The notes under the pieces are model-generated. The model was not told the DNA's origin. It did no database searches and worked only from the letters and a program-made list of their open reading frames with translations. Positions 46,001-60,738 of a stretch of DNA of 64,000 nucleotides are shown piece by piece; position 1 is the stretch's first letter, and each line of letters opens with the position of its first letter. The translations under genes were made by a program, and so were the position numbers. Origin of the DNA: Chrysomallon squamiferum. Taxonomy: Eukaryota > Animalia > Mollusca. The stretch lies in NCBI GenBank assembly GCA_012295275.1, contig CM022679.1, positions 22,072,001 to 22,136,000 on the forward strand, in the 5' to 3' direction.

Positions 46001-49000
46001 GTTTATAATGAAAAAAAATGTATGTTATAAAAATTAATTTAAAACTGACACAAGTCTGAAAACTACTAGGTTTTATTGTTTCTGTTACATCTCTAAAAAA
46101 AAGTTAAATTATTCTACTAAATAAAACTGTTTTAACATGTTAAATTATTCAACAAGAACTGGATTTAACATATTAGCATATTCTAAAACTGCTTTTTACA
46201 TGTACAATTATTTTCTACTAAAACTGTAATAATATGTTAAATTATTCAGCTAAAACTGGTTCAGATTGTTGACTAATTCTACTACAGCTGATTTAACATG
46301 TTAAATGATTCAAATAAAACTGCTTTATTTTCTACTAAAACTTGTTTAACATGTTGAATATAACTGATTTAAATTGATAAACTAGCTAAAAACTAAAGTG
46401 TTAAATTATTCTAAATCTGTTTTTAAATTATTGTAAAGGTAAAAACTATGACTAAACTGAATTCAAATTTTCTAGTCACTAGTAAGAAAGGTGGACTGAC
46501 AAATAAAGGGTAAACTAGAATATGGTGAAGAGATTCTGCAGTAAATGTCAATAAAAGTGATTTCATGTGGATGGATACTGAAGGTTGGCTCATATATTTT
46601 CAAATAATATTCAAAAAATTGAGAAATCTCATAGAAAGTTGAGATAGGATCACAAAAAAATCATCAAAAAATATAGCAACTTCCAGAAAATTCTAATGAT
46701 TTCACAGAGAACTGAAATGGTTTCACAGAGAAATCAAGTAATTTCACAGAGCACTCAAAAATTTCACAAAGAACTCAAATAATTTCAAGTCAACTCAAGT
46801 AATTTCTCAGATTACTCAAATATCTTCAGTGATTAAAGTACTCTATACAGTATTTAAAAATCTCAGTAAGAATTCAAATAAATTTTTTTTGAATTTGAAT
46901 GATCTAAGAAGAGCAAACTCAAGTAATCTTGTAAAAAACTCATCTTAAAAGAGAACTGAATTTCAGAGAAAATGCAGATGATGAAATGATCTAAAAAGCC
47001 AATACAATGATCTCCCAGAGAGCTCAAATAACCACAGAGAAAACAAAACTGTCTGATAAAATATGTATGAAAAATTATGCCTTAACAGGAAAAATGTTTG
47101 GTTGGTCTATTGGTTTCTGTTATTATTCTAAAACTGAACTGATGGATAAATGTGGATGGATTGATGGATGGGTGGATGGACAGATGGATGAATTGATTTT
47201 TAATGGAGTTAGGGATTAAGAAACAGGTTCATAAAACAAGTAAAACTGGTAGGTTGTGGAATTCAATATGTAATGCTAACATATTAACTGAAATCAAACT
47301 TTCAGAAATATTTACAAAAATGAAATAACCCAACAGAGAAATGGAATAAAATGTTGTGTGGTGACATTACACTGTAGAAATATTTAAAATTTCATGTGAT
47401 GACATTACACTGTAGAAAACATTCAATTCCATGTGACGACATTACACTGTAGGAATATTTAAAATTCCATGTGACTTAAAAACAACAGAAAACATCTACT
47501 TAGTGATTCAAGGGTGATGGAACATTAACAATAAATAAATAAATAAATAAACAAACAACAAGAAAAATAAACCCAGCTATTGATGTAGAACGTCAGGATT
47601 CTTTCTCTGCTTCTAATCTCTAACAACTAAAAGTAGTGTTACTGATTCTGAGAAGTAAAATTAAGCAGTCTCAACTACACAACATCTATCACACTGCAAC
47701 TAGAAAAAAAGTTGGGGCAGGCTACAGAATGAGAATTTCTCTGAATACCAGGCGATGTGGTGACAGTGACCGGCTTTTCAATCACTTTTTCAACAACTTT
47801 CACTGTCTGAACTGGTGGTGCAACTGGTTGCTGTGGTTGTGGTGGTGGTGGTGGTGGTGGTGCAACAGGCTCAGGTTTAGCTTCCTGAGCCGTCTGTGTA
47901 TAGATCGTACTGACCTCCACCTTGTGAATCTCTGGCACATGAATAACCATGGGTTCATTCTCTATACTGTACAAATTAGTGATCTGATCCACTGTCAAAC
48001 AGAAAGTTACACATAAACAACTTACCTTCATCTCGTTAACGTTTGTATCTGAAAAAATCTAGGGACACTGTTTTGATACAGGATTCCTGTTGGTCAGGAC
48101 CAATCGTTTTTTGTTTTTGTTTTTTTATGTGATGGTAAATACAGTATTTTTAAAATGAACTTTAAATGATTACATTATCTATATATCAGTTATTTTACTT
48201 CAGCCATTTTAAATGTAAAGACTGAGAGACGACTTGTGCAGGTTGCATGATTTCAAAACTGCATATATGACAGCAAATAAAACATTGGTTTCACATTAAA
48301 TAGTTATAATTTATTACAATTAGCAAATATGTAGCCCATATGTTTCTAATTACCTCCATTTGATTTGATCTCCATTGCCTTTTACATTATATACCTGTAA
48401 TCTACTACATTTACTATTCAAACCCACCAAAAATACATTTAAATTGTTATAAACAGGCATCAGCATGCACGTAGTACACACACATACACACAGACACACA
48501 CACACACCAACTTATTTAACCACTATTTCTCTCTTTCAAACACACACACACTCTTCTCTCTCTGTATTTTTGTGCATCATATTTAAAATCACTATCATAA
48601 AACCATGAATGTTAAAAATAAATGTTTTGGTTTAGTCAGTTTAAGGTTGAGAATTAATTATTGCAAAGCTGCTAAATGAATTATGATGGAATAACAATTA
48701 CTATAATTTTTAATCTTTTTTTTTTATAATTATATATATAAATTTATACCAATACATTTTAAACAGCAAGGTATCTGTATACTATGTTGTGAAAGTTTAA
48801 AACTTTTATTAAACATAAAATAGTTAGCATAATTAAACGAGGAAAAATCAACAAGAAGTATTTTTATTTACTGTACAAATACATATATTTTTGCTTAGCA
48901 ATATAATCTTGGTAATTAACATATCCAATTCAGACAAAACAGCTCAGTCAAACTGTTTATTTGCATTTGTCTTTCTTTCTCTTTTTTTTCATTTTTTTTT

Positions 49001-49611
49001 CATTATTCATTAATAATTGGCTTTGCAAAAACTAAATCATGTAAGGCAGTAGCATAATGGCTTTTTTTTCTGAACTTTTTATGTTTGTTTCTTGATGCAG
49101 TGTGAAGTTTGGAAATTAACATCAATTCTGATTTAAAAAATTTAAGATATTTTAATTAACCATGCTTTGTCAAGACTTAAATAAACAAACAACAATTAAG
49201 AAAAAGTTAAAAAGAAAAAGTCCAGTAAAAATTACTTTTAATTTATTAACAAAATAATCTTTGATTTTGACTTTAATATGAGCAAACAAATAAATACACA
49301 AATGAATAAATAAAAACTTACTCAGATTATCCAGAGCTCCCTTATCTAACTTGTTTTTCATGTCTTTCTGAAAAGCAGAAACCAAACAAGATTTATAGAC
49401 ATCAGTATTTTAATTTTATTTAACAGTTTTTATAAAGAGATCATTCTAGTATGCATACCAATGTTTTAGCTTTTTTTTATAATATACATAACAACATGTG
49501 CACACACATACACACACATGAACTCACATTTTTATCAATCTATATTATATATGCATAACACAACAAAATTCTTATTTGAAACTATAATTACAAAGTTTAA
49601 CAACAGATTAA

Positions 49612-49671
<60 letters not shown>

Positions 49672-50792
49672 AAATAAACAAACATATGAATGAATGAATA
49701 AATGAATTAAAAAAAAAATCAAAAATCAAATAAAATTAAATTAAATTAAAAAAATACCTCAAGATTTTCCACCCTGATTACAAGAGCATTATGGTCATCT
49801 GTGAGCTTTCCGAGAGCCTCCAGGAGCTCAAGGAGTTTAGGAGAGGGTCCTGAATGGGAGCTACTTGAACTCAAGGCAGAACCTGACCGAGAAGGCTGTG
49901 GTGTAACTGATTTTCCTGATGGTGGGCGGGTTGATACTTTTGCTGTTGAAGGTCGACTTGATGTCTAGAGGTCAATATAAAACATATTTGTTAAGTAAAC
50001 AAAATATGGAAATAAAAAAAATAAAAAATAAATAACCTCCGAAAGAACAAATGACAGGTAGCATTTCAGCACATGATTTTGTTCCACTCATGACTGAAAT
50101 ATATGGTATATATATATATATATATATACAGATTCTGAAAAGTGAACAAAATGGCATAAGTGTGGTTGAATAAATATATGGACAAATATCTAAGTATTGT
50201 GTTTGAATTTCACTTAAAACTGTCTGTGAACTTTTGATCCAACCCAGTATAGAGATAATGGATAGTTTTTTTCATCCTGCATAACTAAATATTAGCAGTT
50301 TTCAGATTTAAGACTGATAGTTCTCTAAATAATTAATATACATGTGAAATAAAATAAAAACAAAACAAACACACACATACACCTAGACAAACATAAAAAT
50401 TATATATATTTATAAAAACACACACACACACACACACACAAACACAGCCGGAAATAAATATATCCATAAACACAAGTGCTGAAAACATCTAACACTATAC
50501 AAGTCATTTGAACTCAAGGTCATGTGTTCTGTTAGCAACATGAAAAGTTTTAATTTAAGAAGGCTCATAAAAGTTACACACGAGCAATCTTCCCCAATGA
50601 CCCTTGAAATACAATTACAGTTTGACATGGACAACTGATTTATTACGAAATAAAAAGTGCTGAACAATACTAATTTTAACATTTTACCTTTTTGATGTTT
50701 TATACTTTGTGTTCTTTAGTGGAATTGGGTTTCACCTGTGTATATGTCTGTGTATATATTTAGATAAAGAGGTGCTTATATGTATATGTATG

Positions 50793-50827
<35 letters not shown>

Positions 50828-53800
50828 ATAAGTGTTTGTGTGCATGAGTGTGTAGATGTATGTATGTACATATATCCATATTCTTGCATGAAACATAATT
50901 CTGAACTACTTCTCCAATATTATTATTTTGCACTCTCATTTCATAATTTTTTTTTTTTTAATTATATACTGATACCTTTTAGTGTCTAATATCCTATTTT
51001 TTAATATACCATATTAAGAACAGCTTAAAGGCACTCTGTGACCACATGTATTAAAAGACTAACAGCAATCTTCCAAACCTGTCGACAAAGCATTACAGTC
51101 TGTATTATATTAAGCTGATGAAAAATACAGCTGGAGGTAGGTAATATCTTTTGAAAAAGCCATCAAGGCTCTTATATTATTCTACATTAATATTACATCC
51201 CTCTGAATTACCGAGCTAACACAATACTGATCTGTGTTATGTAAAATCTTTACATGTACGGGCTGGACAACACAAAAGCACCCATCAAAAGAGTGTAACA
51301 TTTAGAGCCTTATAACCTGCACTGAGGCACTCATCAAGCAGGGAATTCTCAAGAGGACAACTGTAACAATAGCCTAATCCTATTGATTATAAATCTCCCT
51401 CAGCCACATGTTATAGAGTATAATCACAATGTACACGAGAGATAGACGGCCTAATCTCTTTAGGTTTTTTCACTGCTAATTAATCTCCAACAGGTGAAAA
51501 GTGAGTACAGGTATCGCGGACCCGATGTAGTTTAATTGACAGGTGTGATGTTTTCAGTTAACACTGAGTGACTTTTGAGTATGATGTTTGCTTGTATATG
51601 TTGTGGAAGGCTTTTTTCGTGATATATATACAATCTCATATATATTAGCTGTCAAAAATAGCCCAAAACATCTTGCTGAAGGTGTGAATGCCAAAAATGG
51701 GGTGACGGGCCCTATATCTGATTAACCATAATTTCTATAATAATAAGAATTTGGTCCTAAAATTTTGCATGCATCCAGAGGCACAAATGAATTTAATTTT
51801 ATCAAAATCGGATGTGATTACCCAGGAAACTCTGGTCGAGATGGCATGGAATGACCGATATATAACTCATGTAAATACATAACTTATGTAAATATGTCTT
51901 CTACTAAACCTGCTCATACATATGCATACACACATACATACATAATAGATATATGCATAAATAAAAACAGACACAATCACATACTTATATACACATATAC
52001 TCACACACACATGCTCACATACACAGACATACACATATACACACAAACATACCTATACAAACGCTGAGACAAACTAAATGCACACACATCAAATAACAAA
52101 GACTTGAGTAATAACAACTAATGGGGGATAAATAATTACTTAATTAGTTCTCTGCTTGTACTGATTACTAACTAACTAGTACGTTTACTGGCCATTCATC
52201 TATTGTTGCACAGTCCTCTGCAGGGTATATATCTAATTATATACCTACTAAACCCACATATTGATCTCGATGGTATTTGTGGATTTAGTTCATTTGTTTT
52301 GTGAACAAACAAAATCTATACAGTTGTTAAGGAAGTTTCTGTATGCATTCAGGCTAGACTGACCAATACAAAAAATACAATCATCATAGTTCTATTAATA
52401 ATGAAAAGAAATAAAAAAAATATATATATATATATAAAAAAACATAAAAAAAAACATTGTCTACAGTAACTGTGGAAATCATTCAATGTTAATCTAAATT
52501 ATAAACCATGGTTGTTATGGAGCTCAATTGTCATTTGTCACTGTTCGATTTTTATTGTGTGCTGTGTTTTGAGTGCACACCTCAAGGCACAATGAAAAAA
52601 AACCTTTCATTTAATTTTGTTTTGACTGCATACATGTATTAGCTCTAATAGGTTCATGCATAAATCAATCATCTACTCAAAATCATTTCACCTAATGAAC
52701 TATCTACTGAAACCTATTTTATTCGAATGAACTGTTGAGTCAAAACTTTTCGTCAAATGAACCATCTACTCAAAACTGTTTTCTTTTAATGAACTAATGA
52801 TACATAACTGTTTTCACCTAATGAATAACATATAGAAAAGTATTTTCATCTAATGAATCATCTACTTAAAATGGTTTCACCTAAGGAACCATATACTCAA
52901 AACAGTTTTCACCTAATGAACTATCTACTAATCTGTCTCATTCTAATGAACCACCTAGTCAAAAATTTTCATCAAATGAACCATCTACTCAAAACTTTTT
53001 CTTTTAATGAACCATCTACTGAAAATGGTTTTCACCTAATGAACCATCTATTTAAACTGTTTTCATCTAATGAATCATCTACTGAACTATTTATTCAAAA
53101 TGGTTTTCATCTAATGAAGCATCTACTCTAGGACTGTTTTTAATCTAATGATTCAAAATGTGTCCACTTGTGAATCATCTACAAGGGCTTTTAATCTAAT
53201 GAACCATCTACAATTAACACTGTTTTGCATTCATTATTACCCATCAAATCTATCATCTTCTGATATTCACAAAACTTTACATTTGTGCTGAATCATCAAA
53301 AAAATTCACAAAAAATTACTAAGTATGTACAACGGAAGTGTCATCTACTTATTTATCATATTTTTTCGATACTTTTTAGCAAACATAATGCATGCGTAAG
53401 AATAACATTTGACTAAACTATCAAACTCACCCCTTCTTCAGTCTGCATGCCACTCTCCAAGAAGATTTTTGAGATGACTGGAAGATTTCCCATTTCATCT
53501 CGCACCCCGTTGAGTGCCTCCTCCAGCCCAGGCCAGGTGACATACTGCAGTGCTAGCTCGTCCCCTTTTGGTAGTGAATTGAGCTGCTCGTTTACAGTGT
53601 TCTTTAAAAATAAACCATTTCAAATGAGTTACCGAATTTATAACTGTGTTTAGAAATATCATTTATATGCAAATTAGGTGTATGCGAGGGTGTTTTGAAT
53701 TCTTGAACAGATTTATTTTAATCAGTGAAATCTGCCAAACTGACTACTATTTATTACCAGAAAAAAAAAAAGCATTCATACTAGTAAAATGGACTATAAA

Positions 53801-56800
53801 CATTTATTTCGTCTTACAAGAACAAGAACAGTTCAAACAACAACAACAACAACAACATGATAATAATAATAATAATAAATGATCGAACAAGAAGTTATCA
53901 CATAAATATAATTAATGAAAATGATGGCAAATCTAAGAATATTCATTTTGATGTAGAAAATTGCCAAAGCAAAATAATTAAGTCCAATATGTTTTTAGTG
54001 TTTGTTTGATAAATACAGGGTCAATCAGTTTTTAGTTTTATGAAATCTTAAATTTCACAAGATAACTTATGTGCAGAAGTATTAGAAAAAATATTTCTCA
54101 GAGATGTTTTTTTGTGGTTTGACGATATTTATTGTTTGCTTACAGTGAGATAGCATTCCTGTAATATTAGACAAAGTTATATAAATCAAAACATTTTTTT
54201 TCCTCATGAAAAATATTCACTCAGCATTTGGAAAAAAAGAAGAAAAAAAAATGTAATTAAAATATCATTTAATAATTGACATATAATTTATGGGTAAATT
54301 ATTTATGTTAATAAATAAATGGTTAAAATTAAAAACAAAATTTAAATATTCTCTTTATCTTTTTTTACATTTGTGAAAATGTAAAAAAAGATAAACAGAA
54401 TATTTAAATTTTGTAATGCAGTACCATGTCAACTGTGAACTGAAAACAACTGGAACAATACTTTTGGTTCTGTGTTTTTAAAGTTTATTGACAAGAACAG
54501 TTCCTTAATTAATCAATAATCAAGATCTCATTAAAAAGGTATTTTTAGTCTTTAAGACTGACTTTTGAAACTGTGTAATTACATGGAAAACAGATCAAAC
54601 AAACTAAAAGTATCCTCTTGTACTTACATCAGTACTAACATTAATTAGAAAGTAAATTAAGAATAATACAGATAAAAAAATAATTTAACACCTGTTTTGT
54701 TTGGTTAACTTTGAAAATATCCTTATTTGTTTTATTATTTTATGTCAATTCAGTGTTAATCTCATTAGAATACCAGGTTAGTATACTGATAGCTGAATTA
54801 TTTTTGGTATGTATAACCATGTGCATACATAAACGTGTATATTCATATGTATTTTCTTACAGTTTGTTGGAGGAGTTTTATTTATTTTGTGCTGATATTA
54901 TTATTAGTAGTAATAGTAGTAGTATAACACTTAAGTCATTTAATGCATTTTAACCCCTTCACTCCTGGGTGTAACATCATTGACATTATTAAAGCATTCT
55001 GTCTGATCTTGCATGTGGATGGGTTAAAATTTCCACATTTAGTCAATAATGTATCAGTACTAACAGGAGGTGACTCAGAATGATATATTATTAATAGTTT
55101 CTGTGAGAAACAATTTTGTTGGTGAGCACAAAACATTGAAGAATATTTTATTTACAGTAATTATGATATTAATAAGAGAAAATTAAAAAGAGAAAAATGA
55201 ACAAATAAACGTAACCATAATTTAACGTAATGTAATGTTGTGTAACATAACACAGAACACAAGAACAGAAGAAAAGAAAAGAACAGAATGAAATAAACTG
55301 AACTGAATTGAACATAATTAAAAAAATAAACCATATTAAACAAAAATAATAATAAATATATCCCTCTAAACAACACAAATTTCTAAAAAGAACAGGCCAG
55401 CTATTTACAAACCTCAACATAGACTTACCAGGAATGTTTCAAGATCACTCAATCGTTTCTTCATATCATCCATATCATGCTGAAAATCAATGTGAAATCC
55501 TTTAAACAATCATACGGAATTATTAACAATACCAGAAAATAAACACTTGTAGCTAAGAAAATGATAACAGCAAAAACAAAAAAAAATAATAATAATAAAA
55601 AAATAAAAATAAAACAAATTAAAATTAAATAAAACAATAATCATAAAATAAAATAAATGATAATAATGATGGCTAAACATAATGGTAACTATATAAAATA
55701 AACAACAACAACAGTAGTAATAATAATATCAATAATGACACAAATAATAATAATAATAATATTAATATTAACAATAATAATGCAATAATAATATTAACAA
55801 TAATAATGCAATAATAATATTATGACTAAGCAGTCAGGCCATTACCATTTCTAATTCAGAAATGTAAAAGTCAATGAGAAACATCTAAAATCATATTAAA
55901 ATATAGACAAATAGATAATTGAAAATATGAAATCTCCAAAGTATTGCCTATTGTTGTGGATAATTACACGTACATTCAAATGACAGTACATTTACAAAGC
56001 TTGGAATCTGCATCAATGGTTAATCGGTTTTCAAGTGCACACTTACGAATACTTCGCAAATGACTATAATAACTGAATTAACAAACTCTTTTGAAACCTG
56101 AAGTCAGTAAATATTTATATATAAGTACTATGATTATTTTAAACGTTAACAACTGCTGCTGTAGTTATTACATAATTATTTGAGATAAACCAATAGATTT
56201 CTTAAGGTGTATATGGAACTTTCAGAAACTGCAAATGTAAATGATAGTATATAACCAAAATAAACATATATTAAATGCATTGTATTTTCCATAAATGTAT
56301 ATTTATTTATTTAAAGATTCTGTTTAGCTGCTTATAATTTAATTTTTAATTTTTAATTTTTTGTTTTTTATTTTAAATGATGTAATTTGAGATTAAATTT
56401 CCAGAATGAAAGGTGTTTTATTCAGAGGACAAAAAAATCAGGTATAACTGGAAAAAAAACCCAAAACATTCATTAAAATTATTTATAATTCTATGAGTCA
56501 GCAGTGATAACACACTTTAGGAATTTGAAGGAATGACATTCCATTGCATTTCTTGTCAGTAAATGAATGCAGGTTGAAACCAGACCTCAAAACACAGTAA
56601 CATTAATGATAATTTGATGTCAATCATACTTCCTACAGCAAGAAATCTTATCTTACTGATATTTTATATGCACTTTCCCAGTGACAGCACAGCACATACC
56701 ATCACTTTAGATATGTAATGTCTATATCCAAGTTTCAGCCCGATTATATACTTTTTGACAATATTTTCAAAATATGTTTACCTCAGTTTTCAAGTTAGTA

Positions 56801-58604
56801 AATGTCACTGAGGTTAAAACATCTGTAGTTTTAAAATAACAGACAGTTTTGTTCTGTCTGTCATTCTGGGTTAATTATGTAACTATCATCATCAGTTCTG
56901 TCAACATCATAGTATTAGTAGTTTTCAGTTTGATTATAAAAGAACAGAGAAAGGAGCATAGCTTAGTACAGGTACCAGACTGTTAATTTCGGAAGCTTGT
57001 CTGTTGGGTGGTACATTTATAAGATAGGTTGTTACTTATTTCTAATAAGAGAATAAACTGCAGATGATAGTGAGTTTCTTCTCTATCACTTCTTATTTTC
57101 AAAAAGATATGTTTAAAATCTAATTACTTATATTAAAATATGTTGAAGAAAGACTATATAAAAAAGAAAATTATTATTATTTTTTAACTCAATAAGAATT
57201 TATATTTCATTTCAGAATCTCATTAATAACAATTAAAAACATGTTTTCTTAATTTAAAAAAAAAAAAATTATTTAATCTTGATTTATGATTAAAACTTTG
57301 TGCTGCTTAATGGTTAACTAGCAATAAAATATAATGAATGAAAAAAACAAAACAACAACAAAAGGCTTACCACACATTTTTCCACTTCAGCCAGTCTCCT
57401 TTTTAAGTCTTCGATGTTAAACTGAAACAAATCATTCCACTTGTAATAAAACTTTAAAAAACTAAACATACATGGTTTTATTTGCCCTGGACACAAATGG
57501 AAACAGGGTTCATCTAAGAGCTGTAAAAGATATAATGAATTTTTATATTTGGGTACATTCTCTGAAGTTTTTGTATTGTTTAAAAAAGTATCCAGTGGGG
57601 CCACATACAGTTCCAAATGTACACACAAATAATGCTACAGTGTACCTGAGAATTCTAAGTCATGGAATTTCTGTTATAATTCTGGTTATGTTTAAAATGG
57701 ATTCCAAGAAAATTAAAATGTGTCTGAAAAGGACATAAAGTGACATTTAAAAACAAAACAAAATAATTAAATAAATTTAAAAAATATTTTGTTTTTATAT
57801 TTTAGTTATTGTATTTTACTATTACTACTTTTTTTATTATTATTACTATTTATGTAATTTTTTATTAGTTCTCACTGAGAACATATATTTTCACCTAATT
57901 GTTAGACATTTTCTTTCTTTTATTGTTAAATGATGCTAAAGATTATGAAGGTGATTTTTGTCATCAATGACTTTTAACACCTTTTGTGGGAACAGGTCAC
58001 AAATATCAAATGCCTAAAAAAGTGTTAATAGCTTTTGTTAAAATAACGTTATGTTTGATCCCTGTATGTGTGGGGATGGCTCAATAGATTGTGGAAGCAT
58101 TACCTAATAAGTGAATCAGTTAATTATAACTGACAAAAATGTAACAATGACTATTAATTAGAATGTGAAATTCAACACATTTGGTGTTAAACATCATTTC
58201 AGAGTTTGACACAAGGTTTATCTGAAAACAGTGCAGTGAAATTCATGTCAGCTGGATTAACTATAGGGAATGTATATAAAATACACCTTAGAAAAAGAAA
58301 AAAAAGAAGAAGAAGAAAACAAATTAATTCATATTAACTAGTTTAAAAATATATCTGAAGAAAAAAGAAATCCTTTATTTTTAATTCTACTTTATCAAGT
58401 AAAGAAATTGTGGAAATAAATAAAATATACTATTTAATGCTTTGTCAAGAAAACTGCAACTAATAATCATATTTACTCCAGCTGTTATGACAAACATTTG
58501 TAAATAAACTCAATACCTACATCGTCAACTTTGTTCTTTAACTCATTGTTAATATCTTTCAGTGCCAGCATTTCTTTCATAAGATTATCTATCATTGACA
58601 TCAA
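32473..58604 (-). CDS. QRICH2 / C16orf96-family coiled-coil protein (DUF4795), 5'-partial; gene continues beyond 58604
   Basis: Phase-consistent minus-strand exons: 58604-58521, 57421-57371, 55479-55429, 53601-53431 (YVTWPGLEEAL), 49964-49758, 49367-49322, about 47991-47749 (Pro-rich, acceptor uncertain), 45366-45290, 42397-42275, 42021-41947 (KADKEYV), 41586-41476 (KADKKHLDGKVN), 40925-40877, 39704-39578 (KLDRLELDSLK...DDAAGLRK), 39110-39048 (QLLMKFHCLSCDRP), 38861-38760 (RPYTTFELDQIRQ), 35504-35385 (RQCGGGHTLTYPH), 33525-33487, 33242-33146 (GVDGHIYKGR), 32748-32473. These motifs are characteristic of the QRICH2/C16orf96 C-terminus. Confidence 0.88.
34215..35350. repeat. Minisatellite, about 29-30-bp unit (ttattttagac[at]ttacttgtggtcttacag), more than 30 copies, intronic
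   Basis: Periodicity is directly visible; rows align at 30 nt from 34801 to 35140. Confidence 0.95.
39745..40360. repeat. Minisatellite, about 31-34-bp unit (ttcatttttgttcagttttaatttaaatatgct), intronic
   Basis: Repeated gttcagttttaatttaaata motif. Confidence 0.9.
47361..47475. repeat. Tandem repeat, about 37-39-bp unit, 3 copies
   Basis: gacattacactgtag-aa-att...tt-catgtga occurs three times. Confidence 0.8.
51020..51857. mobile_element. Possible non-autonomous DNA-transposon remnant (GC-richer intronic island)
   Basis: Abrupt composition change inside an AT-rich intron. The right end (aaattttgcatgcatc...ttttatcaaaatcggatgtg...ctggtcgagatggcatggaatgacc) looks like a DNA-element subterminus. 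No partner TIR or ORF seen. Confidence 0.3.
52665..53215. repeat. Minisatellite, about 30-32-bp unit (ttttcatctaatgaaccatctactcaaaactg), intronic
   Basis: Repeated taatgaa-catctact motif. Confidence 0.9.
54335..54414. repeat. Near-perfect palindrome: 38-bp arms, 4-nt loop, one mismatch
   Basis: acaaaatttaaatattctctttatctttttttacattt-gtga-aaatgtaaaaaaagataaacagaatatttaaattttgt. Confidence 0.9.
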
Positions 58605-58787
58605 CTGCAAGAGAAAAAAAAAAAAAAAATAATAATAATCAGTTACATAAATTTTAAGAAGTAAGACAATTTTTCAAAGAAGACTTTGAATGCTTGTCAA
58701 TTCAAGCTTTTATGGGGAAAGAGACCATTTATTTATTTATCTATCTAAAAAACACACTTATACAGAAAGAGACCCACCCCCCAAAAA

Positions 58788-58822
<35 letters not shown>

Positions 58823-60699
58823 TATTTACACAATAATATGTCACTGAATATTTTAAAGAAGATTTTAAATGCTAGTCTGATCAAGCTGTGAAAAACAGTT
58901 TTGTTATTGGTGGTCTGCCTTAACAGATTATCATATAAATAGATACTGTTACATGCAATTATGATTCATAGGTTTCTTTCGTAAGAAATTACTGATTTGC
59001 TGAAAATGGTTGCAGTGACATGACGGTGTAAAAGGATTAAGGATTAACATTCATTATGTTTCTGAATATAATAAAAAGTTTATGGATATTAATTTGTATT
59101 TTCCTCTAAAAAAAATTAAAGTTATTAAAATTAAACACCATATATATATATATATATACATCAGATTATTTCACTTTTTTATGCCGGTTCAATTCACCCT
59201 AAGAAACTGAATCCTGCTTACTGCTATTCTTATAAATTATAATAATTTATCTATACCACAACACAAAAAATATATGTTACCCAGGCAAATGCTTGATTAA
59301 TTTAATGCTGTTCCAGCTTATTAGAATTGTTTGTGTATCATGTCACAACAAAAATACAGAAGAAAATATCTGAACTGAAACACTTGCACATCTTGGTCAG
59401 CAAATGGAATTAATGACTCAGAGATCAAGAGCCTGGACAGTTGTAGGGTTAACATGCTGGAAGTTCAATTGAGAATTTTTATACTTTCAAAATTAGCAAC
59501 TGATATAAGCTAATGCCAGAATATACTACTAGAACTGGGAAAGTAAGAAAAACTGTTTGACTGAATTATCTCTGGGGTTTATAAAACAATATATGCAATT
59601 CATATTTAATATCATATTATTTGTTGTCAAAGAAATAGTGTTCAGTTTTTCACTATGGTTATTCTGTTGAGAACTGAAGCCAGTGTGACAAAACAATGTC
59701 ACAGATCCTGAAAGAGTTAACATGTCTGTACGTGTTAACAGTTTTAACACATTTACTAAACGTACAGTTATACTGATACTTTACATTTATTATATTTAAC
59801 ATATATATGTGTGTGTGTGTGTGTATGTGTGTGTTAAAATACATACCTTACTATAATAAATACGTTACATTTATTATATTTATTATATTTAACGTATATA
59901 TCCCAAATTTTTTTCTCAGATTTATTAAACATTTATTTATTATACTGATATTTCCTTCAAATTTGTTATAACATATCTTATTATTTTTTTCAAAGTTATT
60001 AAATATTCTGTTATTAGAATGATATTTTCTTATTTTTATACATGTATCATCACCCTAATTTTATTTTCAAATTTATTTTTAAAAATGTAGTTGCCAATTA
60101 TTATTTCAAATGTCTTATTTCACATGCCATTACAAATACTTCAATGTAATTTTTTTCTTATTTTTTTTCTTCTTTGTTGACATGGTTTCAATGACAATAA
60201 AATCATTCTGTTAAGGTTTTTTCTTCTATCATCCTTTTACCAATTTTATTGTGGCACTTTTATCATTTGTTATTTCAGACACTTTTTTCTATGCACCTGA
60301 TCACTATTTCAGCCACGAAATACACATTATCTAATCTGTAAAGTAACTTAGGGCTGGATTAATACCGTTTGTATGCACCGGTGCCTATTATATATATTGA
60401 ATAAGTTGGTGTAACTAAATCCATGTGTATTCATTATTATTCTTTGATATTAAAATGCTATATGTGTGTTATGTAACATATGCTTTGGGTGTTGTAAGTA
60501 AGTGTATGTATTTTTATGTGTATGATTGTAGTAGTACTGTTGTTAACAGTTATGTTACTGGATTTTGTTATGAATAATGATTATTTTCCTTTATATACTC
60601 TGCTACAAAACATGTACACAGTTAACCTTTTGAAAACCAGTATTTACTTCAATCCAGTTAAAAAGCTTCTCAAATTGTTCTTATGCATGTCAAAGATAA

Positions 60700-60738
<39 letters not shown>

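Noticed and set aside
50688-50735. Exon-like segment with AG/GT borders on the minus strand
   Set aside because: It contains an in-frame TAA in the phase required by the neighbouring exons.
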